32,000 bases of DNA from Xylanibacter ruminicola 23 (GTDB lineage Bacteria > Bacteroidota > Bacteroidia > Bacteroidales > Bacteroidaceae): contig NC_014033.1 in NCBI RefSeq assembly GCF_000025925.1, positions 1,650,001 to 1,682,000 on the forward strand. The letters run 5' to 3'. The translations under genes and the position numbers were made by a program. Of this stretch, positions 9,701 to 17,126 are shown one piece after another; position 1 is the stretch's first letter; the number at the start of each line of letters is the position of its first letter. The notes beneath the pieces were generated by a model. It saw only the letters and a program-made list of their open reading frames with translations, did no database searches and had not been told where the DNA came from.

Positions 9701-11791
9701 TCATCTGAGATACCAATCCTGCTTTTTGGTTCCTTTTGAAGTAGACCACTCCAGGAAATCCGGGAAGAACTCATCAATGCGTTTACTCTCGTTTTCACGT
9801 TTCAGGATAGTATTTTCAAATACACTGATGTTAACACCATGCAAATAGAATGCAAATGGATAATTACCCTCGCGAACGAAATACAATCCCTTACTTGGAT
9901 CAGAGCAGTCGTCGCCTGTACCAAAATAACTGGTATTCATCTTTGCTGTAGGAGCCTCCATAGGGATATGCACCTCCCAATTCTTATCACCCACTACACG
10001 ATAGATGAAAGGCTTTATCGACGCCATATCAGCTGACGAGCCTAATGGAGTATCATACGACAGTTCCAGAATATATGTGGTTCCAAGTTCGCCCTTGAAG
10101 TCTGACGTTAGATAATACACATTACCATCCTTAGTAAACGAGGCCTCTTCGGCAACCGTTGCACCTTTGGCCATCTTCTTCATCACAATCGACTTAGGAG
10201 CAGTCTTTGTTTCCAAAGTCAGGGCCAAGCCACTTGTTAACTCTACATAATTCTGATAGGTGGTAAGATAGAATGTTTCCTTAATGATTTTTCCACTCTC
10301 ATTAAACTCTTTCTCATGCTTCGCGTTTACAAGAGCGTCGTTAAGATCATAGTCACCAGCACTTGGCCATAAATCCTCGAAAGCATATACACCATTGGTT
10401 GAGGATTTTTTGTTTTCAATCTCTGGCAAAGCAGCAAAAACATTCACTGGCTTAAGAGCGAAAATCAAGTCATCAAAATCCTGGTCGTCGAGGGCATCCT
10501 CAAACGATACGATAGTGAAGGTTTGACCATCAGATGTCTTGTAGCTGAACTTGGCACCACGACTCTCGCCATTAGGATTAGGGAATTTGCCTGTATCGCT
10601 AGAGTATGACAAGCCGTCGGTCGTAGCACACCACGTATTATACTTTTTATTGTAATAATTTTCATTTTTACATTTAATTGAGTAGTCATTACCCTGCTTT
10701 GCCCATCCCTGGGTTCTCAAGATAAAACCGATTCTTGTGCCTTTAGGGAACACCTTTGTAGCACCGCTCTTATCATCATTGGCGATATTAGGATAATACA
10801 TTAACTGAACCGCTTCTCCTCGGTTAACACCTATGTTTCCATTATAAGTCTCCAATCCTTTTTCTTTTGCTCTTGGCCAATTACCATCCTGGGTATTGGG
10901 GAACACCATAATGATATTAATATCCATAGGTTTTGTAGGCTTATTATCATCTGTATAATAATAGTAACCCAATGAAGAGTTCCAGCATGTACCACTACCA
11001 AGAACAGTAAACGAAACCTCTGAATCCTGCTCAAGCAACAGATCTGGAGATGAACAATACTCCTTGTTCATTGCACTTCCAGACGTAAATGCCTTACCTA
11101 CAACTGAGTAAAGGTCTTGCATCTCTGCATCGCTGAAAAACAGATTCTTATTGGCAGTAGATTTATCGATGAGGTAATCAGGACGTCCCGAAGCCGAATT
11201 CCAAGTACCAAGCCAGTTCTTCCAATCCTGATAGATTCTAGTCTTGCCATCAGTCTTAAATTCCATTTTAAGCTTTGCAATATCATCTGTCGATACTCCA
11301 GGTCCTTCAGCACGTGTAGCAGCACGCGTTGAGGCGACATTTACATTTTCGGCAACCACAGATGCTGCCCCATTCTGCACATCAGCCTCCATCAAATGCA
11401 TTCCGGTAAAGAAGTTACCAGTTGCGATATAAAGATGCTGGGCATAAGTGGGCAACTCGATAGTTGCGCTATACTTGCCGTTTGCATCTGTATAATCCTC
11501 AAAAATGGGAGTAACAGACTCGTTCCACGAATCATCTGGCGCATCTTCAACAGTCACGAACGGATTTTGAGTATATACGCCAAAGAAAACAGAACCATAA
11601 GTTTTTATTGCAGAATAGTCAACATTGAGCTTAACCTTCTGAACAGTTGAGAAATCAAACGAATTTGGAACTTTCGCTGTCGGGGTTGGCTCAGGTGTTG
11701 GTGTAGGCTCTGGCTCAGTACCATCAAAGCCCTTTACACAACTGGTTAGTAGTGCAGTACCTAAAACTGCTAATGTCATCAACTTTTTCAT
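9701..11791 (-). CDS. LruC-domain (DUF4842-like) surface lipoprotein, paralog 3 (most divergent, first in operon)
   Basis: 696 aa. MKKLMTLAVLGTALLTSC lipobox and linker EPEPTPTPEPTPT. Blocks LGYYYYTDD, GTRIGFILR, YAFEDLWPSAGDYDLNDALV and NYPFAFYL...DEFFPDFLEW...DWY, the classic LruC-domain pattern as I recall it. Confidence 0.85.
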   Translation of the reverse strand: MKKLMTLAVLGTALLTSCVKGFDGTEPEPTPTPEPTPTAKVPNSFDFSTVQKVKLNVDYSAIKTYGSVFFGVYTQNPFVTVEDAPDDSWNESVTPIFEDYTDANGKYSATIELPTYAQHLYIATGNFFTGMHLMEADVQNGAASVVAENVNVASTRAATRAEGPGVSTDDIAKLKMEFKTDGKTRIYQDWKNWLGTWNSASGRPDYLIDKSTANKNLFFSDAEMQDLYSVVGKAFTSGSAMNKEYCSSPDLLLEQDSEVSFTVLGSGTCWNSSLGYYYYTDDNKPTKPMDINIIMVFPNTQDGNWPRAKEKGLETYNGNIGVNRGEAVQLMYYPNIANDDKSGATKVFPKGTRIGFILRTQGWAKQGNDYSIKCKNENYYNKKYNTWCATTDGLSYSSDTGKFPNPNGESRGAKFSYKTSDGQTFTIVSFEDALDDQDFDDLIFALKPVNVFAALPEIENKKSSTNGVYAFEDLWPSAGDYDLNDALVNAKHEKEFNESGKIIKETFYLTTYQNYVELTSGLALTLETKTAPKSIVMKKMAKGATVAEEASFTKDGNVYYLTSDFKGELGTTYILELSYDTPLGSSADMASIKPFIYRVVGDKNWEVHIPMEAPTAKMNTSYFGTGDDCSDPSKGLYFVREGNYPFAFYLHGVNISVFENTILKRENESKRIDEFFPDFLEWSTSKGTKKQDWYLR

Positions 11792-11801
11792 AATTCGTTC
11801 T

Positions 11802-11817
11802 ATTTAATCGATTAAAT
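11802..11817 (-). promoter_or_regulatory. Perfect 16-bp palindrome ATTTAATCGATTAAAT in the leader of the LruC operon
   Basis: Perfect inverted repeat 10 nt upstream of the ATG at 11791 and downstream of the predicted -7 box. Confidence 0.5.
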
Positions 11818-11830
11818 TGTATTCTTTCTG

Positions 11831-11859
11831 CAAAAATACAAAAAGTTCTCCTAAACAAA
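11831..11859 (-). promoter_or_regulatory. Candidate promoter of the LruC-lipoprotein operon
   Basis: The minus strand reads TTTG (11856-11859), 17 nt, then TATTTTTG (11831-11838), about 40 nt upstream of the ATG. The intergenic gaps between the three paralogs are only 26 and about 45 nt. Confidence 0.5.
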
Positions 11860-11914
11860 AAGAAAAATACTACAAATCAGCAACAATTAACCTTTATTAA
11901 CCATCCAGCATCAT

Positions 11915-14071
11915 TTACTCACGCAATTTCGCCCAATACACAGTTCCAGTCATTTTATGCTGACTCTTAAAGCGGTATTCTGGACGATTCAAGAAGGCAC
12001 CTATTTTACGGAAGGTATTACTTTCTTCCTTGTAGCCTTTAAACGATTGTTTCAAGATGGCGGAGATATCCTTAAGCGACATCCATTGAGCATCAGAATC
12101 GTTGTCTACAGGACGCTGCAACACTGCCATCAACATCTCGCCAAGACCACTAAGTTGCTGATAACTAAGGTTTCGCTGTATCAGTTGCTGTTCCTGTTCG
12201 CGAGTTGGCCAATAGCGTTCGCCGTTATGAATTTCGTGTAGTAATTGAGCGTAGAGCTGAGGGTAATCCACAGGTGTTCTAAAGTCAACATCACCCTCAA
12301 CCATCACACAGATAAAACGGCGGGCACCACTAGGATCGGTCAGCGGCATCATCTCGTTAGTGGTTCCAATGAACGATGCAAAACGTCGATGTTCCGAATA
12401 AGCCTTTCCGTACGGAGGACGATATTTCAAATCGGCTGTAGATACTAAATATTTTAATACAATCTGTTGACGCTGGGTTATCTTATCAAACTCGTCGAGA
12501 TTAATCAAGCCAAACGACGTCAGACCTAAGTTCAAATCGGTCTCGTTCTTAAAATTGATGCGATCATTATAGTAATCGCGCAACTGCTGGGGAAGTAAAA
12601 TTCTACAGAACGATGATTTACCACATCCCTGGCGACCAATCAACAGTGGCACCAACGAGTTACCTGTAAGTTGACCTTTACCCATCCACATGGCCACCAT
12701 CGAACGCATCCACAGATGGAACAGTGCAGGCCATTCCTCGTAACTGGTGGGGATGCGACGAGCCAAGACCTCTACCCTATCCTTGCCATCCCATTTTGGC
12801 AGACTATCCAGATACTCGTTCATGGGATCGTAAAGCTCAATATCATCCGAGTTCACATAACGACGGATATCTTTATCCCAACATTTAATGCCTTGACGTA
12901 ACGCTCTCATTGTAATAGAGTTACGAGCCTCCTCTGTTAAGTCACGAAAAGAGAATCCGATGCCAGTACGCTCTCTAAATTCAGCCACGCCACGCATCAC
13001 ATTTTTACGAATCTCGTAGTTCTCGTTCAGAAACAAATCTATCTTCATCGTCAACAGTGTTTCCTGTGGTATATTCTTCTCTGGTTTATAGCCATTACGC
13101 TCCTGGTAGCGTTTCACAGCCTGAGGACGATATACATTATCGAATACCTTATTAATTAGCAGGTCATCGTCGCCAATAGCGTAAGTACGATAACGAGCCA
13201 TACGCTTAGCTATAGCCATCGGGATGCCTGTTTCCAGACAATGGACAGCCAATCTAGTTAGCAGCTCGTGCTCCAAATCCTCACCTTCCAATCCTTCGCA
13301 TTCATCGTAGGCCTTACTCAGATTAAACTCAAAGATATGGTGCATGGTAAAGTAACGACTCTGTCCCAATTGCTCGTCATCTTTTTCTAACGTCGATGGG
13401 CGTACCAACGACAGCGTCAGATTAGGCTTTTCGGCACGGGCATAAAAGGGAATAGCCATCGGATTGAAAACCACATCGGCATCAGTACTTATATAACAAG
13501 TACGATCCATACGTGGTTCCAGTTTCTCAATCATCACACCCAACTGAGCATTATAAGCCAAACGGGCTCGCTCATACAGATTCTCATGAAAATCGGCTAT
13601 CTCATTGGGCTCCGTTGGCAACGGATAATTGGTGTCTTTGTTGCGATCACTGGGAAACAGTTCACCCTTACAAATGATTTTTACGCTACGCCCAGAAGCG
13701 CCCACAAATGCCATCAGTGTTTGAGGCACTTCGCCTGCACCAGTTCGGATAGCATCAGCCTCATCATAACCTGTTAGGTTATTTACTTCCAACAGTACCA
13801 TGCCGGTATAACCCAAGGTTACACGCTGATGATTACGATTCTCCATTTCTGTAGCAAAACAGATACGTGGCAGCTTGGCTATAGTCATATCGGCACCGCT
13901 CACCGAGCCATCAGGCTGTCTGGTCAGGTCGAACACAGGATATAGACGACGAAGCTCATCTACTGTATGGCGATATTCATTGCCAACAATCATTTCTACG
14001 ATATCCGTCAGTTCAAGCACACGCAGTGTTTCGGTCTGGCGATAGTTTTTTATAAGGGTTATCTTTGTCAT
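11915..14071 (-). CDS. VapE/VirE-family P-loop NTPase (primase-helicase-like, BT4734-type N-terminal region)
   Basis: 718 aa. Walker A is LIGRQGCGKSSF and Walker B is GLINLDEFD. Overall size and layout match the Bacteroidales VirE_N + VapE + C-terminal DUF proteins I recall. No integrase or other mobility genes are visible nearby. Confidence 0.8.
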   Translation of the reverse strand: MTKITLIKNYRQTETLRVLELTDIVEMIVGNEYRHTVDELRRLYPVFDLTRQPDGSVSGADMTIAKLPRICFATEMENRNHQRVTLGYTGMVLLEVNNLTGYDEADAIRTGAGEVPQTLMAFVGASGRSVKIICKGELFPSDRNKDTNYPLPTEPNEIADFHENLYERARLAYNAQLGVMIEKLEPRMDRTCYISTDADVVFNPMAIPFYARAEKPNLTLSLVRPSTLEKDDEQLGQSRYFTMHHIFEFNLSKAYDECEGLEGEDLEHELLTRLAVHCLETGIPMAIAKRMARYRTYAIGDDDLLINKVFDNVYRPQAVKRYQERNGYKPEKNIPQETLLTMKIDLFLNENYEIRKNVMRGVAEFRERTGIGFSFRDLTEEARNSITMRALRQGIKCWDKDIRRYVNSDDIELYDPMNEYLDSLPKWDGKDRVEVLARRIPTSYEEWPALFHLWMRSMVAMWMGKGQLTGNSLVPLLIGRQGCGKSSFCRILLPQQLRDYYNDRINFKNETDLNLGLTSFGLINLDEFDKITQRQQIVLKYLVSTADLKYRPPYGKAYSEHRRFASFIGTTNEMMPLTDPSGARRFICVMVEGDVDFRTPVDYPQLYAQLLHEIHNGERYWPTREQEQQLIQRNLSYQQLSGLGEMLMAVLQRPVDNDSDAQWMSLKDISAILKQSFKGYKEESNTFRKIGAFLNRPEYRFKSQHKMTGTVYWAKLRE

Positions 14072-14281
14072 ATTGCTATTGATGATTAATTACGGATGCA
14101 AAGATAATAAATAAAAATATGATTTCCAAAAGAAAATAATAAAAAATAATGTCATAACGTCATATTACGTATAATTTACTGATTTCCAAGATGTTAATAT
14201 ATGATATCATGATGTCATAACAATAATTATGATGTCATATACCAATCACACTGATAAGTGTTAGAATATATTTCTTCGGCA

Positions 14282-14318
14282 GAAACACAGTGTTTCCAAT
14301 GGCGAAACACTGTGTTTC
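14282..14318. promoter_or_regulatory. Twin perfect 15-bp palindromes GAAACAC-N-GTGTTTC, centres 22 bp apart
   Basis: GAAACACAGTGTTTC (14282-14296) and GAAACACTGTGTTTC (14304-14318) are separated by caatggc. Each has 7-bp perfect arms, and the second is the exact reverse complement of the first. Confidence 0.6.
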
Positions 14319-14465
14319 GATTGATGGGACATAGTGTACTGATAATTAGAATAATGATAGCAGGCCTAAATATGACGTTAAGAAAAATACAATCATATAA
14401 TATCATCATTTATAAATCACTAAATATCAATAAGTTATTTCAGAAATGACATTATGAAATTAAAA

Positions 14466-14497
14466 TTTGGATATTTCACAGAAAATTTGTAACTTTG
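14466..14497 (+). promoter_or_regulatory. Promoter of small Cys-rich paralog A
   Basis: AAAATTTGGAT with TTTG at 14466-14469, a 20-nt spacer, then TAACTTTG at 14490-14497. The ATG follows at 14521. Confidence 0.6.
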
Positions 14498-14520
14498 CAC
14501 CAACAAAACAACCATACTAT

Positions 14521-14955
14521 ATGAATAAAGAAGAATGCCTCCGTGCGCAAGCCGCACATAACTTACCGTGTTTTATACACGAGTGTCCACTACACCAGAC
14601 CTGTCTGCACTGGCTAACAGGTCAATACTATGGTAGCGACTTCCATGTAGTTACCAGTGTTAATCCTTACTACCCCAACGTGAACTCACTGCAATGCACC
14701 TTGTATCAAAAGGATGAGATTGTTACCTACGCCATCGGCATTAAGCACATTTTTGATGACATTCCCTATCCTATTGCACGTATTGTTAAGAAACGCCTCA
14801 TCGCACTCTTTTCGCGTAAGCGTTTCTACGAGTATCGCAACGGCACACGTCCCATTCCTCCAAAAGACCAACAGCACATTGCCCGTATCTTCCACGAAGA
14901 AGGTTGGGATGGAGAAATCCGCTACGACGATTGGAAAGAAGACTATCAGTGGTAA
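14521..14955 (+). CDS. Small Cys-rich protein of unknown function, paralog A (about 145 aa)
   Basis: The track ORF begins at a TTG (14467), which lies inside the predicted promoter, so the ATG at 14521 (MNKEECL...) is preferred. It aligns by eye with the 143-aa ORF at 28385-28816 on C-x4-CP-x4-CL, VNP, C.(L/F)Y, F.R..(Y/F)E.R.G.R...PKD, and Y..Y.W at the C-terminus. Confidence 0.75.
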   Translation: MNKEECLRAQAAHNLPCFIHECPLHQTCLHWLTGQYYGSDFHVVTSVNPYYPNVNSLQCTLYQKDEIVTYAIGIKHIFDDIPYPIARIVKKRLIALFSRKRFYEYRNGTRPIPPKDQQHIARIFHEEGWDGEIRYDDWKEDYQW

Positions 14956-14985
14956 GCTCTACTTTATTAGTTTTTCAGATCAAAA

Positions 14986-15017
14986 TTTGGATGTATAAAA
15001 AATAATCACTACATTTG
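14986..15017 (+). promoter_or_regulatory. Promoter of the BACON/Big_2 lipoprotein gene
   Basis: AAAATTTGGAT with TTTG at 14986-14989, a 20-nt spacer, then TACATTTG at 15010-15017. The ATG follows at 15050. This is the same 11-mer and the same spacing as the promoter at 14466-14497. Confidence 0.6.
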
Positions 15018-15049
15018 CAGCATGTAAAAAACAAACATCGTTTTATAAT

Positions 15050-17080
15050 ATGAAAAAGAATAAATTGTACTTAATGTACATAGCTCTTGCGACATCTCTT
15101 ACAAGCCAAGTATCATGTTTAAAAGCCCCGGATTTTGGCGGCATGAAGTCAGAGGTAGAGGTACCCAATGGAGCAGTAAATTACTTTAAAAACGACATGG
15201 ACTTTGATTTTGACGGCGGTTCAAAGATTGTAGCTTTCTCTGCCAACCTCAGATGGTCTATGGAAAAAACGAACACTCAAAATGGCGTAGATTGGCTCAC
15301 CATCGATCCGACTGTCGGCGGTTCAGGTAATAGCAAGGTAACATTTACAGCTGCAGAGAATAACACATATGAAGACCGCAACATGGTAGTACGCTTTATT
15401 TGTGGCGACACCATCCGCAATATCCGAGTAAACCAGAAACGCCTGGAGGCCATCACTCTAACTTCCGACGTATTCGAGGTTCCTGCTTCAGGAGGCTATG
15501 TTCATGTCGTCGTTAATCACTCGAAGGATTTTGAATTCACCATTCCTGAGAACTATAAAGGTTGGATACACCAAGCAACAGCTTCAACACGAGGTTTGTT
15601 AGACCAATCTGTTATCTCCTTCACAATCGATCCCAGCGAGGAATACGAAAAACGCGAAGGCAAGATTTACTTTACTGCAGGAGACGAGCAAGAAGTTGTA
15701 ACCGTTTATCAAGCTGGCGAGGGACAATTGGTTCTGTCGCAAAACGAATACAATCTTACTGCAGCAGAACAGGAATTTACCGTTGACGTAAGCAGTAACT
15801 ATGATTTCAGCATTGAAATGCCAAAGGTAGAATGGCTGAAAGAGAATATCAGTCAGACGCGTGGCATGTCATCGCATACACTGAAGTTCAAGGTTACTCA
15901 AAACGATGACTATAATACCCGTTCGGCTAAAATCAAGATTTACGACAAGAACAGCAATCAGTCTGAAGATATAGTTATTAATCAAGCATCAATTGGTGCA
16001 AAACTCATTTTGGACACCAAAACGTTTAGTATCAATAGCGAAAAGCAGGATCTTGACATCGACGTAATGAGTAATTTTGATTATAATGTTGACTTCCAAG
16101 GTGCCAACTGGCTCAGAAAACGCCAAAACAACACCCGTGGCATAACAAACAGGGTATTAATGTTATCAATTGACGAGAATAAGAACAATGATGCTCGTAC
16201 AGCCCAAATCAAACTGTCTGACAAGAACAGTGAAGTTGCAGAAATAATTACTATTACCCAGGGAGCAAAGAGCGGTATTGAGGTTCCAACCAAGGAGTTT
16301 GCTGTAGATGAACTTGGCGGCACCATTACCATCAAGGTAAATGCCAATGCCGATTACAAGCTGACCTCTAATAACGATTGGATTTCGATAGCAGCAAACA
16401 CTCGTGCTCTTACACCTCACGAGCATCAGGTAACCATTGCTGCACTTGGCGATGCCGAAGACAGAGATGGTACTATCACTGTATCGAACGACGCGCTGAA
16501 CTATAGTGCCACCATCACCATCAAGCAGCGTAACACCTTCTATTTCGAGACTAAGAGCATGGACATCATGGTTGGCAAGGAAAAGATGCTGTCTGTAAAG
16601 AACACCACGAAGCAGAACGTGGAATGGAGCAGCAGCAACACTGCGATTGCAACAGTTACTGACAACGGCTATGTAAAGGGCATTAACAAAGGTACAGCCA
16701 CAATAATAGCCAAGACGGCTGATGGCAAGCATACAGCAACCTGTAAGGTAAGAATTTGCGAGATTCCTGATATGATTACCATCAAGAGTGGCGGTACCGT
16801 ATCAAAGGAGGGTGATCTCCTCAAGAACGGAAGCCAGATCAAATGGGCCATCAAAAACAACAGTCCTGTTAAGATTACCCTCAAGAGTATGCAGCTCGAA
16901 GGTAAGGCATCTGGCGAACTGGGAAATGAGTATTATGCCAACGAAGATATTGCAGCCGGCAGTACTGTTACCAAGACCACAAAGATTGAAGCTGCGGCTG
17001 GGTATCACCTACCAATCACCTGTCACTTCGTATTTGTATATGACAATAAGGAATCTGAAATAGATGCCACTTACGAATAA
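15050..17080 (+). CDS. Surface lipoprotein with about five BACON domains, one Big_2 (Ig-like) domain and an uncharacterised C-terminal domain
   Basis: Signal/lipobox MKKNKLYLMYIALATSLTSQVSC. Five ~85-aa repeats follow the pattern F.v...gg......v.sN.d(F/Y)......WL.......R......l.f.v..N....(R/A)...I........e.i.i.Q, which is BACON-like. Then NVEWSSSNTAIATVTDNGYVKGINKGTATIIAKTADGKHTATCKVRI (Big_2). Confidence 0.85.
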   Translation: MKKNKLYLMYIALATSLTSQVSCLKAPDFGGMKSEVEVPNGAVNYFKNDMDFDFDGGSKIVAFSANLRWSMEKTNTQNGVDWLTIDPTVGGSGNSKVTFTAAENNTYEDRNMVVRFICGDTIRNIRVNQKRLEAITLTSDVFEVPASGGYVHVVVNHSKDFEFTIPENYKGWIHQATASTRGLLDQSVISFTIDPSEEYEKREGKIYFTAGDEQEVVTVYQAGEGQLVLSQNEYNLTAAEQEFTVDVSSNYDFSIEMPKVEWLKENISQTRGMSSHTLKFKVTQNDDYNTRSAKIKIYDKNSNQSEDIVINQASIGAKLILDTKTFSINSEKQDLDIDVMSNFDYNVDFQGANWLRKRQNNTRGITNRVLMLSIDENKNNDARTAQIKLSDKNSEVAEIITITQGAKSGIEVPTKEFAVDELGGTITIKVNANADYKLTSNNDWISIAANTRALTPHEHQVTIAALGDAEDRDGTITVSNDALNYSATITIKQRNTFYFETKSMDIMVGKEKMLSVKNTTKQNVEWSSSNTAIATVTDNGYVKGINKGTATIIAKTADGKHTATCKVRICEIPDMITIKSGGTVSKEGDLLKNGSQIKWAIKNNSPVKITLKSMQLEGKASGELGNEYYANEDIAAGSTVTKTTKIEAAAGYHLPITCHFVFVYDNKESEIDATYE

Positions 17081-17084
17081 GGCA

Positions 17085-17126
17085 TAAAAAAGATGGGAAT
17101 CGTTTTTGATTCCCATCTTCTTTTTT
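17085..17126. terminator. Bidirectional rho-independent terminator shared by the convergent surface-protein genes
   Basis: Perfect 12-bp stem AAGATGGGAATC (17090-17101) / GATTCCCATCTT (17108-17119) with loop GTTTTT. It is flanked by an A-run on the left and CTTTTTT on the right, and sits in the 44-nt gap between the two stop codons. Confidence 0.85.

Noticed and set aside
14227-14449. Overlapping 60-aa (-) and 63-aa (+) ORFs in the VapE / paralog-A intergenic region
   Set aside because: They are mutually antisense, AT-rich and low-complexity, and they span the twin palindromes. This is more parsimoniously regulatory DNA.
16166-16732. 188-aa minus-strand ORF (and 16081-16347, 16669-16884, 16802-17008) inside the BACON/Big_2 gene
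   Set aside because: They are antisense to an ORF with strong repeated-domain structure, have odd Cys/Gly/Val-rich composition and lack upstream signals.
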